Of a stretch of 61,376 bases of DNA, positions 16,589 through 25,351 are shown one piece after another. Source of the DNA: a virus. The position numbers were made by a program, and so were the translations under genes. The notes below the pieces were generated by a model, which made no database searches, was not told the DNA's origin, and saw nothing but the letters and a program-made list of their open reading frames with translations. Position 1 is the stretch's first letter. Every line of letters begins with the position of its first letter. The DNA lies in the IMG/VR virus record IMGVR_UViG_3300037483_000245. One strand, given 5' to 3'.

Positions 16589-17372
16589 CGGAGACTTCGA
16601 CGAGATCCCTGATGATTACGCGAAGCAATTGGTGCTGGGTGTCTGCGGCATGGACAAGTCTGGCAAAACCCACTTCTCCATGACTGCTCCGGACCCTCTC
16701 GTCTACTTTGACATCGACATCGGGACCGAAGGAGTCGTCCAGAAGTTCAAGCAGCAGGGGAAGGAGATCGCCCGCTGCTCGCTCGCTATCCCACAGATGA
16801 TCCACAAGAAGTCCTCTGAGAGGATCATGGCCGAGGCCAAGGTGCAGGTGGAGAAGTTCACGAGGGCATACATGGCAGCACTTGCTACCCCCGAGGTGCG
16901 GTCCATTGTCATCGACAACTCCACGTCCCTCTTTGAACTCGTCCTCCTTTCTCACTTCGGCAAGACCTTGCAGATCCCGAAGCACCTGCGCACCCTGCCG
17001 AACTTGGAGATGGCTCAGCTCGTCCGCGCACCGCTCGACGATCCCAAGTGCAACGTCAACGTCATTCACATCCTTCAGATGAGGAAGCTCTACAGGAATG
17101 ACAGCTGGGACGGCAAGACCTTTGAGTGGGCAGGCTACAACAAGATGGCCTACCTCGTACAGGCGATGCTCGAAGTGCGGAAGAACTCCAAGGCGAGGAC
17201 GTTCGAGTTGGAAGTCCTCTCGTCACGTCACAGTGCTGCGCTCGATGGAGAGGTGTGGACACTGGCAGGACTGGACGGGGATCTTGAAGACTCCGACTGC
17301 ATGGACTACCCTCCGTTCGCCTATGTCGCAGCGGAGATGGTAGATGGAACTGTTCCTGAGGATTGGGTGTAG
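16560..17372 (+). CDS. RecA-fold P-loop ATPase (AAA_24/Sak4-like)
   Basis: Walker A GVCGMDKSGKT and Walker B SIVIDN. TTG start chosen because AAGGAG lies 7 nt upstream. The listed 16404 start would overlap the previous gene. Confidence 0.6.
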   Translation: MSLPKKLLNSGDFDEIPDDYAKQLVLGVCGMDKSGKTHFSMTAPDPLVYFDIDIGTEGVVQKFKQQGKEIARCSLAIPQMIHKKSSERIMAEAKVQVEKFTRAYMAALATPEVRSIVIDNSTSLFELVLLSHFGKTLQIPKHLRTLPNLEMAQLVRAPLDDPKCNVNVIHILQMRKLYRNDSWDGKTFEWAGYNKMAYLVQAMLEVRKNSKARTFELEVLSSRHSAALDGEVWTLAGLDGDLEDSDCMDYPPFAYVAAEMVDGTVPEDWV

Positions 17373-17374
17373 TC

Positions 17375-17830
17375 ATGGCAAGACGCCGAGATGAACAGCC
17401 ACTTCCCAAAGAGAGACTGAGGCAGGACTTCGAGAGGCTGCTGGACGCAGTGGATCAACTGCGTGACAGTCCGCTGAAGCACAATGCTTCTGGTCTGCTA
17501 GCAGTCCTTGGAGTGCGAAGAATCTATACTCATGATGGCGCAGTGGTCTCTGCGATCTCTCTTTCAGACCGCCTCACTCTTACATCTGATGGTGAGTTGT
17601 ACAGGTACAACACCCCGCTCAATCTGACCGAGGAACCCGGCCCGTGGTGGTCGGTCTACAAGACTGAGATTGGGGATCTGGCAGCCAGATTCAGCACACT
17701 TACACAGAAGGAGTTGAAGAGTATCACTGCCTATCAGGAGCAGGAGAGGCTTCACAGGCAGGAAGCGCTGACGGAATTCGCAGACAGACTGATGGAGGAA
17801 GACAATGGCACTACCGGTAGAACACCTTGA
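17375..17830 (+). CDS. hypothetical protein (151 aa)
   Basis: First ATG of ORF 17363..17830. Confidence 0.55.
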   Translation: MARRRDEQPLPKERLRQDFERLLDAVDQLRDSPLKHNASGLLAVLGVRRIYTHDGAVVSAISLSDRLTLTSDGELYRYNTPLNLTEEPGPWWSVYKTEIGDLAARFSTLTQKELKSITAYQEQERLHRQEALTEFADRLMEEDNGTTGRTP

Positions 17831-18194
17831 CGAGCAGCACGAGATGCTTCAGCCGAACAAGACCGACATTCACAAGCGTCTCTATGACCGCTACATGACC
17901 GCGGACGAGCTGGAGCATCTGACGACTCCAGAGATCAAGTACATCCGTGAGCGTCGCCGGGTGTGGAGACTCCGCAAGCAGATCCGTCACCTGCAGAAGG
18001 GGATCAGGCGCCGCAACGCTGCGATCAAGACCCTGGTCGAGATGAACATGGAGCGCCCGTGTAAGGGCGTGATGGGCAAGATCTTCGGGCATGACTTCTC
18101 TGTCAAGACACAGATCCCGGCAATCGGGACGAGCAAGGTGACCTACTGGGAAGTCGTTCTCATCTGCAAGCGGTGTGGAGTAGCAGACGAATGA
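17805..18194 (+). CDS. hypothetical basic protein (129 aa)
   Basis: ORF track. GGAGGAAGACA upstream. Confidence 0.6.
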   Translation: MALPVEHLDEQHEMLQPNKTDIHKRLYDRYMTADELEHLTTPEIKYIRERRRVWRLRKQIRHLQKGIRRRNAAIKTLVEMNMERPCKGVMGKIFGHDFSVKTQIPAIGTSKVTYWEVVLICKRCGVADE

Positions 18195-18481
18195 GTGGAG
18201 GGTACAGATTAGGCTGGAAGTGGGAGGAGCAGGTCGTAGCTCCTCAAGTGGCACACATGCTTGACTCTATTGACTTCTCGGACTGGAAGTTCACGCAGCA
18301 TACCATCTACAGCCCTGATGGACGCTTCCGCTGGTGGATTGGGCACGGCTTGAAAGAGTTTAAGGACTACGTTACCAGGGTTCCATTTCTCAGCCTGCTC
18401 ACACGTGCGGAACGCAAGTACCTTTGGAAGGTTCTGACGAAGCAGCTCCGCAGGAACGCTTTTAAGGAGCTTTGTTCATGA
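18191..18481 (+). CDS. hypothetical protein (96 aa)
   Basis: ATGA overlap with the upstream stop. Confidence 0.55.
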   Translation: MSGGYRLGWKWEEQVVAPQVAHMLDSIDFSDWKFTQHTIYSPDGRFRWWIGHGLKEFKDYVTRVPFLSLLTRAERKYLWKVLTKQLRRNAFKELCS

Positions 18482-19251
18482 TCCTTGTCGATGTGACAGA
18501 ATCGGCCAGCAATCGCGCATCCGACCGTCTCATCGACCTGCGCCGGTGCATCACGCCACCCTCTCTCGTGCAGCCTGAGAAGCTGGACTTCGGAGACGTG
18601 GCGTTCTCGGGTAACGGACCTAACGGCCCTGCTCTTGTGGGGGTCGAGATCAAGTCGCCCGGTGACTGTGTTCAGTGCATCGACACTGGCCGGTTCGCCG
18701 GGCATCAACTCCCCGGCCTCGTGGACACCTATCATCACGTCTGGCTGCTCGTCGAGGGTGAATACAGGCCGGGGGAAGGTGGAGTGCTACAGACAAGGCG
18801 GTATGACAAACGAGAGAAGAAATGGGGCTGGCATGACGCTCGCTATGGCCGCAGCCAGTCACGCACTTACGCATCGTTCTCGCAGTGGCTGACGACGATG
18901 GAGATCGGCGGCGGGATTCGCATTGGCCGTGTAGCCTCCCGCCCCGAGGCCGCCGCCTGGATCGCCTCGCTCTACTGGTGGTGGAACAAGCCATGGGCGC
19001 AGCATAAAAGCCTCCGCGTCATCAGCCAGCCTGAACGAGGTAAGTATGCCCAGCTCAACACGATCGCCAAGATGGCAGCAATGATCCGTGGCGTGGGGTA
19101 TGAGAAAGCGATTGAAGCCGGGTCGCACTTCCCGACTCCTGCGGACATGGTGAACGCTGAAGTGGGTGAGTGGATGAAGTTGAAGGGCGTAGGGAAGAAG
19201 ACGGCAGAGGATATCTACAGGACGCTGCGCTCGAAAGGCGGCAGAGGATGA
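18478..19251 (+). CDS. ERCC4/XPF/Mus81-family nuclease with C-terminal helix-hairpin-helix
   Basis: GDVAF...GVEIKSPGD matches the GDx(n)ERKxxxD signature. LKGVGKKTAEDI is an HhH. ATGA-coupled start. Confidence 0.7.
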   Translation: MILVDVTESASNRASDRLIDLRRCITPPSLVQPEKLDFGDVAFSGNGPNGPALVGVEIKSPGDCVQCIDTGRFAGHQLPGLVDTYHHVWLLVEGEYRPGEGGVLQTRRYDKREKKWGWHDARYGRSQSRTYASFSQWLTTMEIGGGIRIGRVASRPEAAAWIASLYWWWNKPWAQHKSLRVISQPERGKYAQLNTIAKMAAMIRGVGYEKAIEAGSHFPTPADMVNAEVGEWMKLKGVGKKTAEDIYRTLRSKGGRG

Positions 19252-19373
19252 CTATTGCGACAACTGTTGCTGACATCATTGTAATTGCTGCTCTACTATT
19301 TCATCTTGCGGTGGTTTCCGCGATCATATATGGGTTGTTCAAGGTGATGAGAGATGATGACGAGCAAGGCTAA
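19248..19373 (+). CDS. 41-aa single-TM peptide
   Basis: ATGA overlap. MTIATTVADIIVIAALLFHLAVVSAIIYGLF. Confidence 0.45.
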   Translation: MTIATTVADIIVIAALLFHLAVVSAIIYGLFKVMRDDDEQG

Positions 19374-19548
19374 AGAGAAGACGTGGAGAGGGCAACTGCC
19401 GTGCCAGCCAGGTATGCACGTCTTCCTAGCGCAGCGTGTGGAGAAGGGCTACTTCGTGGATTATCACTGCTGCTTCTGCGGGATGTTTTCCATGATGCCT
19501 GACGAGGACGGGTTCATTGCTTACGGAGCTGAAGGAAGATGGCACTGA
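19354..19548 (+). CDS. hypothetical Cys-containing protein (64 aa)
   Basis: ORF track. Confidence 0.5.
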   Translation: MMTSKAKEKTWRGQLPCQPGMHVFLAQRVEKGYFVDYHCCFCGMFSMMPDEDGFIAYGAEGRWH

Positions 19549-19787
19549 AGGAAAAGAAGAAGACAGTCTCGATTGCTCTGTCCATGGACTACGAGGTTTT
19601 CGAAGAAGTAAAGAGAGAGCTTCTGTTAAAACTGGTGACCGGCAACCTTTACAGCACCGTTGATGATTTCACAGTAGCACTCCTACAGGCTATTGAGCGC
19701 GAGCAGGCAGACGTGCATCTTTACAGGCGGGAACCGGTAGAGAAGAAGAAGCCGAGAAGGAAGAAGCGCGTTGGCACTGAAAGCTAA
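19539..19787 (+). CDS. hypothetical protein (82 aa)
   Basis: ORF track. Confidence 0.55.
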   Translation: MALKEKKKTVSIALSMDYEVFEEVKRELLLKLVTGNLYSTVDDFTVALLQAIEREQADVHLYRREPVEKKKPRRKKRVGTES

Positions 19788-19977
19788 TGACGTCGTGCAG
19801 TGGACAGTCAGGCAACTGCACGACAGGCCGAAGAGAGTGAACGCTCAGTACGTCCGCTCGTTCGCCAGCGGCACCTACGATGTCCTTCGCGATCAACAGC
19901 CTGTGGCAGTGAGGGGGTTGTCCAAGAACGGGTTCATTGAGCTGGTGATACTGCAGTACTTTGATGAAACAGACTAA
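19771..19977 (+). CDS. hypothetical protein (68 aa)
   Basis: ORF track. Non-ATG start. Confidence 0.45.
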   Translation: MALKANDVVQWTVRQLHDRPKRVNAQYVRSFASGTYDVLRDQQPVAVRGLSKNGFIELVILQYFDETD

Positions 19978-19980
19978 GAG

Positions 19981-20118
19981 ATTCAACGACCACGGTGGGG
20001 CGCGTTGCCCCTTTACACACATCGTTCTTTGCATTGCACCTGGGTTAGCATCATGTTGTGCTGCGATAACACGGCTGATGCGGTGAGGTTTTCATCCGTG
20101 TTGACGTGGTCGTTGAAT
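19981..20118. other. 138-nt element closed by a perfect 14-bp inverted repeat (ATTCAACGACCACG / CGTGGTCGTTGAAT) with internal hairpins
   Basis: Arms at 19981-19994 and 20105-20118. Inner hairpins GGGGC/GCCCC and ACACGG/CCGTGT. Confidence 0.6.
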
Positions 20119-20135
20119 GAAGTACTGGAGGGGAT

Positions 20136-20447
20136 GTGAGAATATCAGAGCTGGCGGATACGTACACAGGGCAGTACAGAGTGCTACTTCAAGACTTGAC
20201 CACCGGTGAGATGCGCTGGTACCAGCCTTCCTACCCTTGGCATGAGGCCTCTGAGTTTTGGTGGACCGAGGGTAACGCTGGGTGCAACTGTAACCGTGCG
20301 CTGTTCTTTACTAAAGCTGCTGGAGAGCAGATCGCTGAGGATATTCAGTACGCAGCTTGCGTAGATGACGCTTTCCCTGATGGTATGCGGTACAAGCTGC
20401 TACGCATAGAGACGCTAGATGGGGGCGTGTTGCTGGAGAAGGAGTAA
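20136..20447 (+). CDS. hypothetical protein (103 aa)
   Basis: ORF track. GTG start after GGAGGGG. Confidence 0.6.
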   Translation: MRISELADTYTGQYRVLLQDLTTGEMRWYQPSYPWHEASEFWWTEGNAGCNCNRALFFTKAAGEQIAEDIQYAACVDDAFPDGMRYKLLRIETLDGGVLLEKE

Positions 20448-20450
20448 CTG

Positions 20451-20630
20451 ATGCGTACATTTGCGGCGCTGGCTTTAGCTTTAGCCATGTTTGTAGTAAC
20501 GTTTATCCTGCTGTTCTACGTTCTCGATCCTGAGTTGTTGGAGCTTCTCCTCTGTGCTGCTGCGGGCTGGGCAGTGGGCGGCTGGTGTGTACGCTCTTCG
20601 GCATGGTTGTTGAAGAGAAAAAAGGAGTAG
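20451..20630 (+). CDS. 59-aa two-TM membrane protein
   Basis: Hand translation MRTFAALALALAMFVVTFILLFYV...AAGWAVGGWCV. Confidence 0.45.
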   Translation: MRTFAALALALAMFVVTFILLFYVLDPELLELLLCAAAGWAVGGWCVRSSAWLLKRKKE

Positions 20631-20633
20631 TCA

Positions 20634-23258
20634 TTGAAAGTCAAAGGTGAAGGCCGCTGCCCTGCATCAGTCATGCTGATCGGTGAAGCGCCTGGAGTCG
20701 AAGAGGACAAGACCGGCCGCCCATTCGTAGGTGCCGCTGGAAAAGAACTCGACCGCTTCCTGCGCCTCGCTGGCCTCGACCGGCGAGAGATGTATCTCAC
20801 CAATCTTCTCAAGCACCGTCCACCTGGCAATCGTGATCCTCTCCCTGAGGAGATCGCTGCTGCGGAGGACGAACTCCTTGACGAGATCGAAGCCGTCAAC
20901 CCGCGCATCATTGGCGCCATTGGCCGCTTCTCTCTCCACTGGTTACTAGGCGACGATAAGCAGGACATCACCAGCGTTCACGGCATCGGCATTCGTGCTG
21001 TCACCACTCCCTGCGGCGAGGAGCGTATTGTTGTCCCCATCATCCACCCTGCTGCTGGTCTCCATTCCCCTGAGCAGATGCAACTCACCTGTTACGACAT
21101 CCAGCAACTAGGGAGGATCAAGCGCGGCGATCTGCAGCAGGTTGTGGGAGAGTCCACGAAAACAAAGACTGCTGGATGGCTCAACTCTACAACTTTGCCC
21201 CTCTCCATCGACACCGAGGGCTGGCCAGGGAAGATGTGGGGGATGAGTTACAGCCAGTGGGAAGGTGGTGGTCGTGTCCTCCGTGACCGCTACGATCTCG
21301 ACGTCTTCTTCGACTGGCTAAATCGTGACCATACCGGCCCCATCATCATGCACAATGCCATGCACGACATCGCGGTCCTCGACGCCGAGGGCTACCATGT
21401 CCCCGCTGAGCGTCTCGTTGACACCATGGTGCTTGCGTACAACCTCCGAGTTGAACCGCAGGGACTCAAACCTCTCGCATTCCGGCATGCTGGCATGCTC
21501 ATGTCCAGTTACTCGGAGATCGTCGCCCCTGCCGAGAGGGAGATCGCTGAGACCTATTTGGACGCCGTCCTCTCCCGCGGCGAGTGCCCCAACTGCCACG
21601 GGTGGCGAGAGATCACCGAACCCAAGCGCAACGGCGGGATCAAATGGGTCAAGTGTCCCGTCTGCAAAGGCGACGGCACCTACTGGCAGACGGGTGGTGA
21701 GCGGCTTGTCTGGCAAGGGAACGTCTCCAAGATCTACACGCCGCACGGGATTGGCCGCCGCGTCTCATCCATCCTCGACGACCTCAAAAAGGATCCCCTT
21801 CTCGACATCCGCAAACGCTGGACGAACATCGACGCCATCGACCGTGCCCACGTCGAACGGGAACTAGGACCCATGCGAGAGCCGGAACTGACAGACGTCG
21901 AGGAGTCCACCGCAGTCTACTACTCCGCTCGTGATGCTGACGCCACCCTTCGTGTCTACAACGCCCTCAATGTTCGTATCAAGGAAGCAGAACTGGAAGA
22001 CGTGGCCGCAATGGACAACGCCATTCTCCCCATCATCGCCCGGATGGAGAAGGTGGGCATCATGATCGACAAGGCCCACTTCGCCGCTCTCCATAACGAT
22101 CTCGTTGAGATGAAGGATGGCGCCCTGTGGAAGTTGAAGAGGCTGATGGGGGAAGATATCAACCCCAACTCGCAGCAGCAGGTGACAAAGCTCCTGCATT
22201 CGATGGGCGTGTCGGCCGGAAGGAAGACCAAGAGCGGCGGTGACTCGACAGACAACAAGACACTGGAGGCGTTGAAGCTGAAGTACTCGGAGCACCGGCA
22301 ACTCATTGAGGCCATCGACCTCTTGCTTGCGTATCGTCAGGCGGACAAGATTGATGGAACGTACGCCGACAAGTTGCCACAAATGGCAGATAGCCGCAAC
22401 AGAATCCACACCCGATTCAAGCTGACAAGAACAGAGACTGGACGGCTGGCAAGTTCTGATCCAAATCTTCAAAACTGCCCAACTCGTACCCCGTTAGGCA
22501 TGAAAATCCGTCACGGCTTCATCGCTTCTCCTGGTAAGATCTTCGGCTCATGGGACTACGACCAGATTGAGATGCGCCTGCTTGCTATCATGTCGGGCGA
22601 CGACAACCTCATCCGTGTCTTCAACGAGAACCTCGACATCCACGCGATGACGGCCAGCCTCGTCTTCCGCGTCCCTTTGGAAGAGGTGACCAAGTCGCAG
22701 CGCACATCGGCAAAGAACATTGGCTTCGGAGTCGTGTACGGCGTGTCGCCCAAGGGACTCCGCGAGCAGATGGACCTGCGTGGGCAGAAGTGGACAGAGG
22801 CTGAATGTGCTGAACTCATTCGCCTGTACCTGGAAGAGGCCTACCCTGGCGTCGGCGTGTACATGCGACGGATGAAGGCGATGGCACGGCGTGAGCTTCT
22901 CGTGCGTGACATGTTCGGCCGCATCCGCTACCTCCCGGCGGCGGGCAGTCAGATCAATCGCATTCGTGAGGAGGCGCTGCGGCAGGCGGGGAACATGCCC
23001 ATCCAGTCCGCCGCGGCAGGAGTGCTGAAACTGGCAATGGCAGAGATCTGGCACGACACCCTTCCCATCCTGCACCAGAGCATGGACATCGAGTGCCTCC
23101 TGAATGTGCACGATGAACTGGTGTTTGAGTTCGACGAGGGGAATGAAGAGTTGGTGGACGCAGCGATCAGTGAGACCATGAGCGGAGTGCTGGGCGAGAC
23201 GGCTGTACCGCTTGGATGCTCTGGGAACTTTGGGCATACGTGGGGAGAATTGAAATGA
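20634..23258 (+). CDS. polA: Fusion protein: UDG-superfamily (family 4/5-like) domain, 3'-5' exonuclease and family A DNA polymerase
   Basis: N-term GEAPGVEEDKTGRPFVGAAG and HPAAGLH (UDG motifs). Pol motifs DYDQIEMRLLA, RTSAKNIGFGVVYG and VHDELVFE. TTG start after AAAAGGAG. Confidence 0.85.
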   Translation: MKVKGEGRCPASVMLIGEAPGVEEDKTGRPFVGAAGKELDRFLRLAGLDRREMYLTNLLKHRPPGNRDPLPEEIAAAEDELLDEIEAVNPRIIGAIGRFSLHWLLGDDKQDITSVHGIGIRAVTTPCGEERIVVPIIHPAAGLHSPEQMQLTCYDIQQLGRIKRGDLQQVVGESTKTKTAGWLNSTTLPLSIDTEGWPGKMWGMSYSQWEGGGRVLRDRYDLDVFFDWLNRDHTGPIIMHNAMHDIAVLDAEGYHVPAERLVDTMVLAYNLRVEPQGLKPLAFRHAGMLMSSYSEIVAPAEREIAETYLDAVLSRGECPNCHGWREITEPKRNGGIKWVKCPVCKGDGTYWQTGGERLVWQGNVSKIYTPHGIGRRVSSILDDLKKDPLLDIRKRWTNIDAIDRAHVERELGPMREPELTDVEESTAVYYSARDADATLRVYNALNVRIKEAELEDVAAMDNAILPIIARMEKVGIMIDKAHFAALHNDLVEMKDGALWKLKRLMGEDINPNSQQQVTKLLHSMGVSAGRKTKSGGDSTDNKTLEALKLKYSEHRQLIEAIDLLLAYRQADKIDGTYADKLPQMADSRNRIHTRFKLTRTETGRLASSDPNLQNCPTRTPLGMKIRHGFIASPGKIFGSWDYDQIEMRLLAIMSGDDNLIRVFNENLDIHAMTASLVFRVPLEEVTKSQRTSAKNIGFGVVYGVSPKGLREQMDLRGQKWTEAECAELIRLYLEEAYPGVGVYMRRMKAMARRELLVRDMFGRIRYLPAAGSQINRIREEALRQAGNMPIQSAAAGVLKLAMAEIWHDTLPILHQSMDIECLLNVHDELVFEFDEGNEELVDAAISETMSGVLGETAVPLGCSGNFGHTWGELK

Positions 23259-23301
23259 CCACCCTTGACTCCGAGTCAACACCTGTGGTAGGATATTCTG
23301 C

Positions 23302-23712
23302 ATGATGAAGAATGGCAAACCGACCGTGGAAGACATTCTGGGAACCGCAACATCCAAGGTGCCGAGTTACGAGGAGTACAAGGAACTCAAGCGGGCCAAG
23401 TTCCGCCGTCTGGCAGATAAGGCCATCGAACTCAAAGCGACCATGGACAGCGCCAAGGCAGAGTACGACAAGACCAGAGAACTGATCGAATCCATTCTCA
23501 TGTCCGCAGATGCCAAGACGATCGCGTATAATGGGTGGCAGATCGGCATCACGGAAGGCCGCAGTGCGCCGAAGTTCGACAAGCAGGCTCTGGTCATGCG
23601 GCTGCTCGCCGAAGGGGTGAGCGACAAGGTCATCAAGGCCGCCGTGGCTGACGCAACGACACCGGGCAAAGAGTGGACCTCAGTGGCGCTCAAGAAACTC
23701 AAGGAGGACTGA
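23302..23712 (+). CDS. hypothetical protein (136 aa)
   Basis: ORF track. Confidence 0.6.
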   Translation: MMKNGKPTVEDILGTATSKVPSYEEYKELKRAKFRRLADKAIELKATMDSAKAEYDKTRELIESILMSADAKTIAYNGWQIGITEGRSAPKFDKQALVMRLLAEGVSDKVIKAAVADATTPGKEWTSVALKKLKED

Positions 23713-24227
23713 TGTTCAGACGTTTGCTGTTGTGTCTACTGCTGCTGTCTCCGCTGGCCCCCTTGTGGGGCCAGTCTCGTCCTGACAATCCAACTCCTTT
23801 CACGCTGCGGGGGTTCATTGTGCCCATCGCCTACCCGATGCCAGAGTTCCGCACGAACGTCCTCCTCACGATCAACTCGGACATCCCCGAGACGGCTGCG
23901 GTCCAGATTACCGCGGACAGCCCCGTGATCGCTGTGGACCTCTATCGTACTCATGACGGCTGGATCGTTGCCAATCGTAAAGCCTGGGTAGACGTGCGGT
24001 ACATCCACCTCTCTCAGGATCCCGTCTGGCTGCGCCGCGCATACGGCTCGACCTCTGTGAGCCTGAACAATCTGCTGCAGGTAGAGGCTGGGGATATCGT
24101 AGTCATTGAGCCTCACCCTCTCCTCATTCAGCAGATCGTCGTATCCGTCATCGACAACAAGTCGAACGACCCGTTCGGATGGTCGTTCGGGGTCAGTACA
24201 ATCCAAGTGAAAAGGAGAAATGAATGA
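23712..24227 (+). CDS. secreted protein with cleavable-type signal peptide (171 aa)
   Basis: Internal ATG after AAGGAGG. MFRRLLLCLLLLSPLAPLWGQ. Confidence 0.6.
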   Translation: MFRRLLLCLLLLSPLAPLWGQSRPDNPTPFTLRGFIVPIAYPMPEFRTNVLLTINSDIPETAAVQITADSPVIAVDLYRTHDGWIVANRKAWVDVRYIHLSQDPVWLRRAYGSTSVSLNNLLQVEAGDIVVIEPHPLLIQQIVVSVIDNKSNDPFGWSFGVSTIQVKRRNE

Positions 24228-24586
24228 AAAGATACGCAGGATGGTTGCTGGCGCTGCTGCTCCTTGCCGGATGCAGTCAGCTTCAGCAGGCGGGACAGAG
24301 GTATGTTCTGACCGAGTTTGAGATTGCCAAGCTGGAGTACACGACGCTGTCGAACGACTACGCGGTGGCCCGGGAGACCATCCGGCAGCAGCGGGTGGCT
24401 GGCGAGATCGACGACAACGGATGGGCCGCATTTGTCACTTTGCAGCAGGAAGTCCAGGACGTGGCCATCGAGTTGATCAACCTGAGAAAGGGCTGGGAAG
24501 CGTCGGGCACGAAACCCCAGCGATGGGACGGCGCCATGTCTGAGCTTCGGTCCAAGATTGAAAGTGTGGAGGCGCTAGCACGATGA
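24224..24586 (+). CDS. lipoprotein (120 aa)
   Basis: MKRYAGWLLALLLLAGC has the lipobox LLAGC. Confidence 0.6.
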   Translation: MKRYAGWLLALLLLAGCSQLQQAGQRYVLTEFEIAKLEYTTLSNDYAVARETIRQQRVAGEIDDNGWAAFVTLQQEVQDVAIELINLRKGWEASGTKPQRWDGAMSELRSKIESVEALAR

Positions 24587-25053
24587 GATGGGAAGACCTT
24601 ACACCTGCCCAGCGTGCTGCGATGATCAGTGCGCTCAAGATGATGCTGACGATGTTCAAGGACTGGTACAGGACGGGGCTGATGCAGTACATTGATGCTG
24701 ATGCCCTGACCCGAGCAGATGAGGTGTTCACGGATGTCCAGTTGGATCCTCTGCCATCCTCGCCCCCGCCACCGGTCGAACCGCCTCCTGTTGAGCCTCC
24801 TCCTGTGACACCTCCGCCAGTCGATCCTCCTGGCGAGCCACCACCGCCAGTGATCGACGATCCGCCCACGAGCAAGTACAACGTCCCCTTCACAGAAGAG
24901 CCGGACTGGTCTGAGTATGAGGACGGGGATCAGGCGTTCGGCGACTGGGCAACCCCCACTGTCTGGATCGTTGTCGAAGCTGGCAAGCGCCCGTTCCTTC
25001 CTACCACGGTCCGCTATTCTCTGGGCATTGTGCGTGCTGGGGTTTTGGTGTAG
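24583..25053 (+). CDS. hypothetical protein with proline-rich PPPV(E/T/D)P repeats (156 aa)
   Basis: ORF track. ATGA overlap. Confidence 0.55.
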   Translation: MRWEDLTPAQRAAMISALKMMLTMFKDWYRTGLMQYIDADALTRADEVFTDVQLDPLPSSPPPPVEPPPVEPPPVTPPPVDPPGEPPPPVIDDPPTSKYNVPFTEEPDWSEYEDGDQAFGDWATPTVWIVVEAGKRPFLPTTVRYSLGIVRAGVLV

Positions 25054-25111
25054 AATAGCCCCGTGTATAGGGCTGCCCGTCCTCCTCGTTCCGGGTAGCC
25101 TCCTCCAGCGG

Positions 25112-25146
25112 AAGGGGTGGCAGAGATGTCACCCCTTCTTTTTTCA
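25112..25146 (+). terminator. Rho-independent terminator
   Basis: 8-bp stem AAGGGGTG/CACCCCTT with a 10-nt loop, followed by CTTTTTTC. Confidence 0.7.
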
Positions 25147-25165
25147 CCTTGTCTAATTTTAGTGC

Positions 25166-25195
25166 TTGACTGCCCGGCAAGTTTTCGAGTACACT
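25166..25195 (+). promoter_or_regulatory. sigma70-like promoter TTGACT-N18-TACACT
   Basis: Hexamers read directly, immediately after the terminator and upstream of the ncRNA/Ro locus. Confidence 0.5.
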
Positions 25196-25226
25196 ATTTG
25201 TGCTGGTTGTTCTTTGACAAGTTGCT

Positions 25227-25349
25227 GGTAACCTTCATGGAGTGGCAGAGGCTCTTCCGTTTCCGCCTTCGCTCAAGCGGTGCATTCCTCCTTCTCGTCA
25301 TTGGAAGACCCCCTTACTACACGCCCTCTGCTGCTTCCTGAAGGTTATC
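25227..25349 (+). ncRNA. Candidate structured RNA: 123-nt rod whose ends form a 25-bp stem (Y-RNA-like architecture)
   Basis: 25227-25251 pairs with 25325-25349 (1 mismatch, 4 G-U). Inner stem TCTTCC/GGAAGA and hairpin CCGC/GCGG. Confidence 0.4.
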
Positions 25350-25351
25350 AA

